The notes under the pieces were generated by a model, which was not told where the DNA came from, made no database searches, and saw only the letters and a list, made by a program, of their open reading frames with translations. A DNA stretch of 50,158 nucleotides from Escherichia phage LHE71. The stretch's first letter is position 1; each line of letters begins with the position of its first letter. Both the position numbers and the translations under genes were made by a program. This document shows, in pieces, positions 26,031-36,134 of this stretch. The stretch is from sequence record OP455115; one strand, 5' to 3'.

Positions 26031-26444
26031 TTAGAACGGGATATCATCATCGAAAGTTGATTGAGGATTTGGCTGTGGCTGTGATTGCGCTCGCTGCTGT
26101 TGCTGCGGTGCTCGTTGTTGATTGCTTTGTCCTCGTTGACTGAATACCAGCTTAGGGAAATCAGCAGCCTGCAATGAATTGTAAGTCGTTCCGTTGTGCT
26201 CACGGGATGAGATCTTCAACGTTTCGCAAGATACTGAAATTACCCGACCAACCTGAAACGCTTCACGATACCAATCAGCAAGGCCAGGCTTTCCACCATC
26301 GCTTAAAAAGAATGTGTAGTTTGTGTATTCGCGATCGCCATCACGAGGCTTGTAGCTTTCTGCCAGTTCGATGATATAAGTATTTCCTCCGTTACGTTCC
26401 AGAATCTTTGGTTCTTTGCGGATCTCGCCAGTGATAATATGCAT
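26031..26444 (-). CDS. ssb: Single-stranded DNA-binding protein
   Basis: 137 aa; Gln/Pro-rich linker and acidic C-terminal tail DDDIPF typical of SSB. Confidence 0.7.
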   Translation of the reverse strand: MHIITGEIRKEPKILERNGGNTYIIELAESYKPRDGDREYTNYTFFLSDGGKPGLADWYREAFQVGRVISVSCETLKISSREHNGTTYNSLQAADFPKLVFSQRGQSNQQRAPQQQQRAQSQPQPNPQSTFDDDIPF

Positions 26445-26490
26445 GTTTTTCTCTCCTAAATTTTATGGGCGACCGAAGCCGCCCTGATGA

Positions 26491-27138
26491 TTATTCGAAG
26501 TTGGTGATTGATTGAGATTGTACAGGCTTCGCGCTAGTTGCTTCAACCTGTTTTTTCTGTTCCGGTTGCGCCGGGCGAATGCCGCGAGCTTTACCGATCT
26601 CAAACTTAGCCTTAAGTGCGTTGTAGTGATCCTGAATGATTGACTTGCTTGCCGTGTCCGTCTGGCGGTAAGCGTTAGCCCATACCTCTTTCAGTGATTC
26701 GATATCTTCACACGCATCAAGTTCTTTTTTCCAGTCCTTGACAGATTTTACTGCAAGCTGAGCGTCGTCATCACTTTGGCTAATCCCCAGCGCTGCGGCA
26801 AGAGAGTAACGTCGCGCATACGTCATTGCGGAACCTACACCTTGCGGATCGCGTTTTGCAATCGGCATCATCATGAAGAATTTGGCCCATTGCCCGGATT
26901 TGTGAATCAGCATAGTCTCAAGATGGAATGTTGTTTCCGTGCTGGTATCAAGCATTGATTGCAGGATCATGATATCGTTATCGGTTAACGCCGGACTAAC
27001 TGCCGCCATCATTGCGTCAAGAGTTGCGTATGAATTTTTCAGGTGATTGTTTTTAGCGTCCTTCTTTGCCTTAGCGAATTTATTTCGAGCATTAAACAGT
27101 GCTGGGAGGATTTCGTTTGTTTCTGGTGATAATTGCAT
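26491..27138 (-). CDS. Erf-family single-strand annealing protein
   Basis: Start at MQLSPET with SD AGGAGA; conserved YARRYSLAAALGI segment. Confidence 0.6.
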   Translation of the reverse strand: MQLSPETNEILPALFNARNKFAKAKKDAKNNHLKNSYATLDAMMAAVSPALTDNDIMILQSMLDTSTETTFHLETMLIHKSGQWAKFFMMMPIAKRDPQGVGSAMTYARRYSLAAALGISQSDDDAQLAVKSVKDWKKELDACEDIESLKEVWANAYRQTDTASKSIIQDHYNALKAKFEIGKARGIRPAQPEQKKQVEATSAKPVQSQSITNFE

Positions 27139-27212
27139 CTTAACTTCTCCTGATTGGTGTATTAGGTGCATTATAACACCTCATTAATTATTTGTTTAGC
27201 TATTTGTGCCGT

Positions 27213-28277
27213 TTACTTGTTTTGATATCTTACCCATGACGGCGTTTCAAGTTCGATCTCGCTTGCGTCGCCAGCATATCCGGGCCAAACGTCCATCTCA
27301 GAGCAAGCCTTATAAGTGTGGACCACGCTAATATACTGATTGCGACCTATTCTGATTTGCTCCATAGTCATGCGGTAAGCAAGGGCAATGTAAGGTTCCT
27401 TTTTCTCCTGTGCCAGCAATCGAACTACGATCGGAATATCTTCCGGGAAGTTTCCTTCAAATGCTCCAGCCTGGATTGCACGTCGCAGCAGGTCGTGCTG
27501 CAATGCCATTTTCAGGTAATAGCCGTGATTGTATGCCAGGCGCGGGAACTCTAACGGGTTAGCGCTCATCGTGGTTTTGAAGTCAGTGATAATCAGAGCT
27601 TCAGGAAAAATCACGTCTTCAAATACCGGATCGCCATTCTCATCATAACCAGTCAGCACACGACCCGGAACATTCTCTTTGTAGTCAAGATGGTCGATCC
27701 GAACCTTAACTTTGACTCCGGATATCTCACCGAAGATTGAGATCTCACGCTGCGCCGTTTCGCTGTTGATGCACGCCTCATGATCAGGATTTTGCTCAAG
27801 TATAGCCCTCATCTTCATGCATGCGTCGTATTTGTCAGCATCAACAAGTTGCTTTCCTTCAGCGCGCGCCTCAGCTTCTGCGATCAGTTCAATCAGGTAT
27901 TGAACGTTTAGTTCCTCACCACAATCAACCATCATTTTGATGAGGTCCGGGTACTGCTTACCGGATGTACCTTTCAGGCCGAATGATTTTAATTTTGCTG
28001 CCAGCGCCGCCTGCGAAGTAATCAGATCCTTAAACTCTGCCGGAGCCGGGCAACGGGCATACGATGCAGTAAACAGATCTCGGCTCTCAAAGTTGGTATG
28101 CGACTGAGTACCGAACTCCAGCGCTTTCGTTGTCTCATTCTTCTTGAATCTCCAGTTAGCCGGGCAAGTTTGATAGATTTCTGCAAGGCTCGATCCGCTA
28201 ACATACTCTGCCGACCAACCTTCGTTACTATGATACTCGTCATTAGAAAGCTGACTTGATGTGAATACTTGGAACAT
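27213..28277 (-). CDS. Recombination-associated exonuclease (PD-(D/E)XK-like)
   Basis: 354 aa, SD AAGGAG; IITDFKTT segment; sits in operon with Erf and SSB. Confidence 0.5.
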   Translation of the reverse strand: MFQVFTSSQLSNDEYHSNEGWSAEYVSGSSLAEIYQTCPANWRFKKNETTKALEFGTQSHTNFESRDLFTASYARCPAPAEFKDLITSQAALAAKLKSFGLKGTSGKQYPDLIKMMVDCGEELNVQYLIELIAEAEARAEGKQLVDADKYDACMKMRAILEQNPDHEACINSETAQREISIFGEISGVKVKVRIDHLDYKENVPGRVLTGYDENGDPVFEDVIFPEALIITDFKTTMSANPLEFPRLAYNHGYYLKMALQHDLLRRAIQAGAFEGNFPEDIPIVVRLLAQEKKEPYIALAYRMTMEQIRIGRNQYISVVHTYKACSEMDVWPGYAGDASEIELETPSWVRYQNK

Positions 28278-28586
28278 TGCGTTTATCTCCTTCGTTTACG
28301 ATAAATCCATTATAGCCATTAACAGCGTTTAGTCAATCGAATACATGTAATTGGTGTGTAATTGCGTGTCTATATTGCTCAAGTTACAACCAGCATCAGC
28401 AGAATCAATGTCTTAAGTCGATTTTTATGCACTGTATATTGCGTAACACTTGTAACCGCTTTTTCTTAGAAATACAGAGATACCTACAAATAGAATCCAC
28501 ATTGATTAAATTTTGAACATACATGATAGAAATTTTACGAATCAATCAAATCACCTGTTACACGATAGACAACTGTTACACAACAA

Positions 28587-28650
28587 TAATTATATATATA
28601 AAGCTAAAATTAAATATTATCTATCTATATATATTATATAGAGTTTTTAC
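28587..28650. repeat. AT-rich (TA)n tract in second divergent control region
   Basis: Near-pure A/T with TATATATA runs, flanked by GTTACAC-type short repeats. Confidence 0.55.
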
Positions 28651-28803
28651 CATATCTACCTGCGGTCGAATGAGGTCGATTTTGTAACACCTCTTCCAGT
28701 TACAAAAATATACACCTGTTACGCGAAAAAATTGTAATCGCACTATTGCAATAAAAGTAAATGCGACATACAATGCAATCACACTAACGACGAGGACATA
28801 CAA

Positions 28804-29031
28804 ATGAAAAAGTTAATCACCATTATCGCTGCGGCATTCATCCTGACTGGTTGCTCATCGATGCCTGAGCGCACTTGTACGGCAATTTATGAATCAGGCG
28901 GCGCGGAGTACTCGGTTTACGTTTTTGGATCTAAGATGCGCGGAAATGAGATGGTATTGCGTGCTGGATACCCATTCTCCTTCAACTATGTATCAGAGAA
29001 AAACTTCAAATCTCACGATTGCTCGATATAA
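28804..29031 (+). CDS. Small outer-membrane lipoprotein, Cor/Llp-like superinfection-exclusion candidate
   Basis: 75 aa; signal peptide with lipobox LTGC; lies next to the distal tail genes. Confidence 0.5.
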   Translation: MKKLITIIAAAFILTGCSSMPERTCTAIYESGGAEYSVYVFGSKMRGNEMVLRAGYPFSFNYVSEKNFKSHDCSI

Positions 29032-29053
29032 AAGAAAAGCCCCGAAAGGGGCT
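29030..29053 (-). terminator. Rho-independent terminator
   Basis: Stem AGCCC/GGGCT followed on the minus strand by TTTCTTTT; end of the late operon. Confidence 0.55.
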
Positions 29054-29742
29054 TAGTCGTATGCTGCCGTTTTGATTGCTGTTATAATATTTCCATTATT
29101 CGTTGTGTTCATTATCTGACCTGCCGCAGTGGTTGCTGCTGCATTTATTCTCGTTGTGCTCCCGTTGTACCTGCATGAACTGCCTGCTGTTGAGTTTCCT
29201 ATTATTGGTTGCCCAGTTGGCAACCTGCCAATAACAACTTGATAGTTGCCAAGTATAGTTGGAACAACCGCGTAGCTTCCGCTGAGTGTTGTGTCTATGT
29301 TTAATCCACCGCCAGCGTATCCAGGAGTGCCGATTGTAACCAAATCACTAAGGACCTTTGTCTCATTTGTCAACACTAGCTTTCCTGACGCATCCCATAT
29401 TGCCATACCCCAGCTAGGTAGTGACTGCTCAAATATGGCAAATATGTAGTATGTTAGCGTGTATGATTGGTTTGCTGGATTTGTCCCCCTTATATAAACA
29501 GTTCCAACATTGGGTCCGCTTCTGAAAGTAAAGGCTGAAAGCGCGGTCCCCTGCTGCGTGTTTGTTGTTTTGCAAAAAGCTATAACCGGAACACCTGTAG
29601 GTATCCGAACATATCTCTCTGCAACCTGCGAACCACTAACATTTACTGATTGAATTTCCCCTCTCGCATATAAAGCGAATGGCGTTGATAACGGGGTTAT
29701 GAATGGGTTTCCGTTTACATCTATAAAAGCACCGTATGACAT
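29053..29742 (-). CDS. Distal tail protein, receptor-binding candidate
   Basis: 229 aa Gly/Thr/Asn-rich beta-type sequence downstream of J. Confidence 0.4.
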   Translation of the reverse strand: MSYGAFIDVNGNPFITPLSTPFALYARGEIQSVNVSGSQVAERYVRIPTGVPVIAFCKTTNTQQGTALSAFTFRSGPNVGTVYIRGTNPANQSYTLTYYIFAIFEQSLPSWGMAIWDASGKLVLTNETKVLSDLVTIGTPGYAGGGLNIDTTLSGSYAVVPTILGNYQVVIGRLPTGQPIIGNSTAGSSCRYNGSTTRINAAATTAAGQIMNTTNNGNIITAIKTAAYD

Positions 29743-30047
29743 TAATCATTCTCCAGATATGCTATTAAGTAACAGTTTGATGATGGGTACACGTTTGGCC
29801 CAGGTGAGTTTGTTGGCGTTACTGTTATCGTATTACCGCTAGCAATAATTTTCCTGCCAGGCCCACTAATGGCGCCATCGTCAAGGCTTATAACGTAGTT
29901 CACATGCATACCAGGAGGCACTTGATAGCTGAACGATGCTGAATTCTGGCCTGCTGACAAAAAGTTCCAACCAACAACCGTAACAGGCTTAATCCCATAG
30001 TTATTATAAACGCCATTTGCGTCCCAAGTTGATATACCGTACGCCAT
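29742..30047 (-). CDS. Tail-associated protein
   Basis: Start at MAYGISTW with SD GGAGGA; shares WDA(S/N)G motif with 29053..29742. Confidence 0.4.
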   Translation of the reverse strand: MAYGISTWDANGVYNNYGIKPVTVVGWNFLSAGQNSASFSYQVPPGMHVNYVISLDDGAISGPGRKIIASGNTITVTPTNSPGPNVYPSSNCYLIAYLEND

Positions 30048-30092
30048 AATAAATCCTCCAAAAGAAAAGGGCATCTCTCGATGCCCTTGATA

Positions 30093-33000
30093 TTACCATG
30101 AGCCAGTCAACCTGCCAATCTGAACCCTCAGGCGACCACTCGAATCCCTAACAGATATTGTGGTATTAGTTTGCTTCATCGCACCCTCACCATCACTTCC
30201 GTAGTTTTCAAATGTACCTCCCTTGTCAAGTCTCCAGCCAGCCTTGTTAACGACATAGTTATTCGATTGAATAACATTACCAATCATCGCATTCGTGATG
30301 AATCCGTTCTTAATGATGGCACTATTAAGAATCACCTGATTACCTTCAACAACAAAAGGGTACTGAGTCTGACCATTCATCCCTGTCATGATTGCAAATC
30401 GTGATGCCTCAAACAAAATCTGCGCCTTAACCGCAGCTCCGGAACCAATCAGAGACATAGCCATGCCTGCACTGTATTCTTGGCCGTTATACTTCAGACC
30501 GAGCTTGATGCCGTACATTGCACCAGTCGAATCCGCATTGCTCCACGAGTCAAGTTTTTGAGAAAGTGCTGCCTCATTATTCCCAAGCCTCGCGCTTAAC
30601 GACAAGTCAGCTTGCGTTCTCGCCTCAGTCTCGTTTGCTATAGCCTCTCTGATATCAGTCAAACTTGCCTGGATATCATCACCAATCTCTGCCTTGAGTT
30701 GGTCAATTTCACGCGATAGCGCTCCAGTCTCAGTTGCGATAACTTCACGCAATTCGCTGTTGCTAGCGCTAATCTGATCGCCAAAACTTGCCTTCAATTG
30801 CTCGATCGCCGTCACTCGTGCCTGCGTCTCATCAGTAATAAGTTTCAGTGATTTCGTGTACTCAGCTTTTCGTTTTCCGTTCTCCTTCTTCATGTATATC
30901 GCGTCTTTGTCATTGGCGAGCGCGTTTTCTATTACTGCCTCTGCGTTAGCTGCGTTCTGCGCCGCGTTGTCGGTTGCGTTATCAACAAGCCACTCGTAAC
31001 CAGGCGAGTTTTCGATATCGACAGAAATCTCCCCAATGATATCGTCAACGTTTGTTGATGCCATACCTCTGACAAAATCAGTCCACTGAGACACGTTACC
31101 GATCCTATCAACCGTCCTTACCCGATACCACACAATATTCCCTCCAGGCATCGGTGAGTGATAATACTCATGCTGCGGGTACGGAATCAAAGAAAGCAAA
31201 CTTGCGTTATCCACTGTTCCATCTGGCGACTGTTGCAACTCTGTATAGGCCGTATCTCCAGAACCATCAGAGAATCCCCATTTTGTACGGATACCAAAAA
31301 CAACATCATCCGTAGCTGTAAGGTTAATCGGTCGACCCGGCTCTCCTTGCTTGCCTGTCAACGTCGCTGCGACGATATTTGACCAGCCGGAAGTTGTACC
31401 AGAACCAGCAACGGAGCGAACGCGAACCTGATAGTTTCCAGCGTAAATACCTTCAACGTATACCTCTTTGTTTGCTGTCTGCGGTACATTTTGCCAGTTG
31501 CCATTATCCTTTCGCCACTGTACGTCATAGAAAACTGCGTACGGAACTTTATCCCAGCTAACAATCATCGTTTCTACGCTCATCCCCTGGACGATTCTCG
31601 ACTCTGAGGACACCTGCACGTTTTCCGGTCTAGGGATCTGATCTGGCTCAACGATGCTCGTCGGTCGGTCGTCGATATTAACTCCGTAATCAATCTCATC
31701 GTACTTGTTAGGATCGTACTCCACCGCCGTGATTTTGTAGGTAAATTCCTCATCATCATCGCCCTTATCGATTTTTGTCACTACGTACTGCTGTAACGCA
31801 ATGTCGGTGCGGTCGATAGCGAATACCGTGTTAGGCTTCACAGGAAATCCAAAGCCAATGTTAACCTCTATAGTCTTACCATCCGCACTAACACTTGAGA
31901 TTGTGCGCTTCACGGGCTTGCCATCTGGCTTATTTACGATAATAAAGTCACCCGCGCGTGCATCCACCCGGAACGGCAAGAAAATCTGACTACCGGATAC
32001 TTCGAGCAAGCGCCCTGATAGGTTCATCGTCAAGTTACTTGACCAGAAGTTATCAGCTATTGCCACAACATCTCCGATTGTCGGGATCATGCCCTCAAGC
32101 CCGGTAGCGAAGTTTACCGTGGTGCTGCGGAGGTTAGTTTTCAGAATCCATCTCCCGCGTCGGTTGGCCTCACTGCGTCGGGTACATCCGATTGCTGTAA
32201 TACTGGTTACGTTGTTCCCGAACCGCAGAGTAGCCTCTCGATCGAATACTGGCTCAACGTCCTGTTGATACATGTTTTGCTCATCATCAAACATCACGTT
32301 ACACGTCGTGTACATGCTTTTCTCGCTTGCAAACGTGTAGGAGAAGTCTCCATTAACAACGTTGTCGTTCGTGAAGATGTACGCAGGTTCACGCGGTCTG
32401 TCGATGATTACAGAAATGCTTTCACCATTCCAAAAGCTCATTCCTCGGAATATTGAGCAAATGTCTCGAATCACTTTGTACGCATCAGTTTGTGACTGAA
32501 TTATCACATCGCAAAGGTAGCGAGGCTCAGTTCCACCCTTTCCATCTGGAACCATCTGATCGCAATATTGCGCAGCCTCATAGAGCGCCCATTTATCAAC
32601 GGAGATTCCAAGCTCTTTCTGATCCAGTCCATAACGCTGATTAATCATCAGGTCATAAAGAACCCACGCCGGATTATTAGTCCACGCCTTCTTGAAAGTT
32701 CCATCCCAATTGCCGTTATAGGTTCTCGATTCAGGGTCGTAATTCGATGGAACGTTAATAATCTTCCAGCGCTTACGAATTGAGATCGTAGGTAGTTGAT
32801 TTGGGAACATTTTCGAATCAAACTCGACAAAAAGAAGACCAGTCAGGGGATAACGGAACTTGGCATCTATAACCTCAGCGTAGCTTTTTACCTGAATTGC
32901 ATCGACAACGTTTGAGTTATCAGAGTCTGGAGTCTTTCTAACAATCCTGAATATCACTTGGTTATTGAAGTTTGGTAAGTTTATTCGACGACTTCGATCG

Positions 33001-33512
33001 TAACCAGACATTGTTTTTCCTTCAATTACGTCAGTGAGAACAGTCTCAAACGAACCACCATCAACCGCTTGCTGCACTTCGTACTCAACGCGTACGCCGT
33101 TTTTATCACCGTTGCTTTCAATTCGTACGCCTCGAGGCATAAACATTTTGATACGGATTGCCGAAAGCGTTTTGTTGGTTACTGAGATCGTGTACGGGTT
33201 ATCTGTAGTAACCTCACGGTTTACAGTTACCTCACTAGAGCTATCTTCCATCCCCTTGATATATTCCTGAGTCTGCGTCCCCGGCCTGAACTCAGCCTTT
33301 ACCCCTTCAAAGTTGAACGATCCATCCTCGTTTTGCACCGGGACTGAGTTAAACATCAGTTGCTTTAGGCTGAATGTTTCGTCAATTTCACCATCAGATA
33401 TTGCTAACAGGATCTTAATCTTGTTGATTGAGATCAGGTTATCTTCCATTTCTTGTGGTTTGTGAGGCTTTGGTGAACCACCTTTCGATCCGCTTATCAC
33501 TTTTTGAATCAT
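30093..33512 (-). CDS. Tail tip / host specificity protein J-like
   Basis: 1139 aa; N-terminal region aligns by eye with lambda J; C-terminal coiled-coil and fibre-like region. Confidence 0.85.
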   Translation of the reverse strand: MIQKVISGSKGGSPKPHKPQEMEDNLISINKIKILLAISDGEIDETFSLKQLMFNSVPVQNEDGSFNFEGVKAEFRPGTQTQEYIKGMEDSSSEVTVNREVTTDNPYTISVTNKTLSAIRIKMFMPRGVRIESNGDKNGVRVEYEVQQAVDGGSFETVLTDVIEGKTMSGYDRSRRINLPNFNNQVIFRIVRKTPDSDNSNVVDAIQVKSYAEVIDAKFRYPLTGLLFVEFDSKMFPNQLPTISIRKRWKIINVPSNYDPESRTYNGNWDGTFKKAWTNNPAWVLYDLMINQRYGLDQKELGISVDKWALYEAAQYCDQMVPDGKGGTEPRYLCDVIIQSQTDAYKVIRDICSIFRGMSFWNGESISVIIDRPREPAYIFTNDNVVNGDFSYTFASEKSMYTTCNVMFDDEQNMYQQDVEPVFDREATLRFGNNVTSITAIGCTRRSEANRRGRWILKTNLRSTTVNFATGLEGMIPTIGDVVAIADNFWSSNLTMNLSGRLLEVSGSQIFLPFRVDARAGDFIIVNKPDGKPVKRTISSVSADGKTIEVNIGFGFPVKPNTVFAIDRTDIALQQYVVTKIDKGDDDEEFTYKITAVEYDPNKYDEIDYGVNIDDRPTSIVEPDQIPRPENVQVSSESRIVQGMSVETMIVSWDKVPYAVFYDVQWRKDNGNWQNVPQTANKEVYVEGIYAGNYQVRVRSVAGSGTTSGWSNIVAATLTGKQGEPGRPINLTATDDVVFGIRTKWGFSDGSGDTAYTELQQSPDGTVDNASLLSLIPYPQHEYYHSPMPGGNIVWYRVRTVDRIGNVSQWTDFVRGMASTNVDDIIGEISVDIENSPGYEWLVDNATDNAAQNAANAEAVIENALANDKDAIYMKKENGKRKAEYTKSLKLITDETQARVTAIEQLKASFGDQISASNSELREVIATETGALSREIDQLKAEIGDDIQASLTDIREAIANETEARTQADLSLSARLGNNEAALSQKLDSWSNADSTGAMYGIKLGLKYNGQEYSAGMAMSLIGSGAAVKAQILFEASRFAIMTGMNGQTQYPFVVEGNQVILNSAIIKNGFITNAMIGNVIQSNNYVVNKAGWRLDKGGTFENYGSDGEGAMKQTNTTISVRDSSGRLRVQIGRLTGSW

Positions 33513-33560
33513 GATGTTTACCTTTTTGTGCTATTTATCGGTGAACTCATTATACAGGCG

Positions 33561-33583
33561 AAAAAAAACCCGCGCAAGGCGGG
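33561..33583 (-). terminator. Intra-operon terminator/attenuator hairpin
   Basis: CCCGCGCAAGGCGGG stem-loop with 8-T run on the minus strand between I and J; near-identical copy at 35741..35762. Confidence 0.5.
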
Positions 33584-33589
33584 TTGGTT

Positions 33590-34189
33590 TTAACTCATAT
33601 CCTCAGCGTAAGAACCTGCCGAGAATGTTGCTCCACCTCCGGCGCGATACCCGTACGGAACAGGGAGAGGATATCCCGCCGCCGTCGTATTTACAGCACC
33701 ACCGAACGCGTACGAAGGTTTATTCTTGCTTGACTGAACCTCAAAATTTGCGCCGCCTGGCTGGGGTGAAATCATCTGCATCACACCACCCAGCACCATA
33801 GCACCACCCATCATGAATAGAGATGATGACATTGTACCCATTAACGCCAGAGATGCGCCGCCAGTATAGAATGCGGCAACCATTATTGCCGCGCCCAATA
33901 CAACCTGAAATAGACCTCCTGTCTTAGAGCCAGTGGGGATCGGTACGATTCTTATCTCTTTAGCACACTTGAATTTTTCCTCTTCATGTTGCCCTACGTT
34001 AACGCCATCTACGAATATTGCAAACTTGCTACGAGATCCTACTTCGCTTTGCATGTATTCTTTAAATCCATCTACCTGACTTGATAGCGCCCGTATAGCT
34101 TCCGGGTAAGAGTCAACAGCGTAACGGTGAAAGACGCCGAAGCGTCTCCCAAGTGAACCTGATAATTTGATTACTTTTACATCATTCAT
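33590..34189 (-). CDS. Tail assembly protein I-like
   Basis: 199 aa; Gly-rich hydrophobic C-terminus; position after K. Confidence 0.65.
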   Translation of the reverse strand: MNDVKVIKLSGSLGRRFGVFHRYAVDSYPEAIRALSSQVDGFKEYMQSEVGSRSKFAIFVDGVNVGQHEEEKFKCAKEIRIVPIPTGSKTGGLFQVVLGAAIMVAAFYTGGASLALMGTMSSSLFMMGGAMVLGGVMQMISPQPGGANFEVQSSKNKPSYAFGGAVNTTAAGYPLPVPYGYRAGGGATFSAGSYAEDMS

Positions 34190-34920
34190 AATTTGAGATC
34201 CTTATGGCGAACAATCAAAACGGTGTGATCCTGATACCAGCCTGAATAAATATCACGTCGCGATAGCTTACCGAAGGCATGATGCAAGATCTGATTATCA
34301 CCCAGGTAAATCCCTGCGTGATTCCATACCGGAACATTTTGCCCTATCTGCATGATTACCATATCACCAAATGAAGGATTATTCTGATCTGGTATCTCAA
34401 CGAATCCATCTTGCTTGTAATAGTCCTGATAGAGATTGATTCCGTGCTCCGGCTTCCACCATTCAAAATTCAATCGGCGATCGCGCAACTCTACTCCATG
34501 CTCTTTGTGCCACGCCATCACAAGGCCGTAACAGTCGAATGATCCTAATGACCACGGACGACCAATCAGAGGCAATTTCTCCGGCTTCACAAATCGCATA
34601 TCCCCTTCCGGCACGCTAACAATAATCCAGGTAACCTCCATCTCGTTGCACATGCACGTATCGTGAGCGCTTGGTAGAGTTGTAGCCCCGTCTCCTGTGT
34701 GGCTGTGAACAATTGCTATTGTTGTTGATTCCTCATCGTCCTCAATGCAAGCGTATTGTACAGCATCCATCATGAAATGATTCTCTGGATCACGATGCAC
34801 ATTATCAATGCGATGGTATTTTTGCACGCGGCCCTTTTGGGTGACTACCCCGCAGCATTCGCGGGGGTATTCTTCCTGAGCGTGAGTCATAATTTCAAGT
34901 TTAATTTTTGCACTAATCAT
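34186..34920 (-). CDS. Tail assembly protein K-like (JAB/MPN plus NlpC/P60)
   Basis: HSHTGDGATTLPSAHD JAMM-like motif; SD GAGGAAAAATCA. Confidence 0.75.
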   Translation of the reverse strand: MISAKIKLEIMTHAQEEYPRECCGVVTQKGRVQKYHRIDNVHRDPENHFMMDAVQYACIEDDEESTTIAIVHSHTGDGATTLPSAHDTCMCNEMEVTWIIVSVPEGDMRFVKPEKLPLIGRPWSLGSFDCYGLVMAWHKEHGVELRDRRLNFEWWKPEHGINLYQDYYKQDGFVEIPDQNNPSFGDMVIMQIGQNVPVWNHAGIYLGDNQILHHAFGKLSRRDIYSGWYQDHTVLIVRHKDLKL

Positions 34921-35699
34921 TGATTTTTCCTCTGTAGTGAAGCGACAGCGCAACCGCCAAAATCCAATTCATTGTTTGCGCCGAATCTCAGACGGCAGGC
35001 AGTTACCGTTCCCGGGCAGAAGTCGAGCGCGGGATCATCTACAGGATTATTGTCTTTGTCAAAGTAACCGTTTTGCCCGTTGTATCCGCAACCTTTCCCG
35101 GTTTTATACCAGCCACGCTGCGCCCAATAGCAAACGCTTTGCGTGAGTCGTGACGGTATCATTATTCCATCCATATCATACGGCGACGTGAGATCGAATC
35201 GTGCAACGCTCTTATCGACATAGCTCGGGCGTTCGATATAGTATACCAGCTTCCGATAAGCACCGTCAGCGATAGATCCGTCAGAGTTGATAAGCTCACG
35301 CTGAGTTATCCATATTGTAACCTTCGCTTGCATCAATCCGTTATATGCGCGAATCATCGCAGACACTCTACTATCAATGTTTGCTACCGTTAATTGTGGT
35401 TTTGTAGCCTTGCCTGAACTGTCGAACGAGATCCCTGATATACCGAACGGTCGCGCGCCGTACTGTTCACCACGGAAGGTAATTTCTTTCGGCGGTAGTG
35501 TTCCTGTTTGCTGGGCCTGCATGATTTCTTCTGGAGTGTACTGGATATTCTCCCCGTGGAATCGGTACACCTGAGCACCGAACTTACTACCATCAACTTC
35601 AATAAGGGTGATTATCTCGCCAGGATACAGTGACTGAAGGCAGTTGTGAAACAGGCTCTTTCCGCTTTCTTCATCATAAAGTTTTTTGTTTTCGCTCAT
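34917..35699 (-). CDS. Minor tail protein L-like
   Basis: Start at MSENKKLY with SD GAGGAAAAATCA; C-terminal Cys cluster CYWAQRGWYKTGKGCGY as in lambda L. Confidence 0.75.
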   Translation of the reverse strand: MSENKKLYDEESGKSLFHNCLQSLYPGEIITLIEVDGSKFGAQVYRFHGENIQYTPEEIMQAQQTGTLPPKEITFRGEQYGARPFGISGISFDSSGKATKPQLTVANIDSRVSAMIRAYNGLMQAKVTIWITQRELINSDGSIADGAYRKLVYYIERPSYVDKSVARFDLTSPYDMDGIMIPSRLTQSVCYWAQRGWYKTGKGCGYNGQNGYFDKDNNPVDDPALDFCPGTVTACRLRFGANNELDFGGCAVASLQRKNQ

Positions 35700-35740
35700 T
35701 GATTTTTCCTCTTGTTTAGTTGCAACCATTCTACAGCTAC

Positions 35741-35762
35741 AAAAAAACCCGCGCAAGGCGGG
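35741..35762 (-). terminator. Intra-operon terminator/attenuator hairpin
   Basis: Same AAAAAAACCCGCGCAAGGCGGG element as at 33561..33583, between M and L. Confidence 0.5.
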
Positions 35763-35778
35763 CTTTTGTCACTAAGTG

Positions 35779-36132
35779 CTATTGCATAGATGTAAACTGC
35801 TCCATAAACGTTACGTTAATTTCCATCACGTCTCGTGATACTGGTTTAGCTCCCAGGCTGTTAGGCTTAACAACCCATATCCCGATCTTCCCGTCCGGCG
35901 GCATCCATGCGAACGGCTTAATGCGGTGAGAATCGCAGAAGTCGTAAACAGCCATGAAATCTTCCCCGGCATAGACAACTGAATACTCGCGTCGAGTGGT
36001 GTTAAATCCAGACGATGCAAGCTGCATGTAGCCATTACCAAACTGGATGGAGCGGTCGTTATTGGTAGTGGTAAGGGAGCCACCGCCCCCTTGAACCTGC
36101 GTACACCAACCGAAAGTGTCAAGTGTCGCCAT
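35779..36132 (-). CDS. Minor tail protein M-like
   Basis: 117 aa; position between tape measure and L. Confidence 0.65.
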   Translation of the reverse strand: MATLDTFGWCTQVQGGGGSLTTTNNDRSIQFGNGYMQLASSGFNTTRREYSVVYAGEDFMAVYDFCDSHRIKPFAWMPPDGKIGIWVVKPNSLGAKPVSRDVMEINVTFMEQFTSMQ

Positions 36133-36134
36133 TA

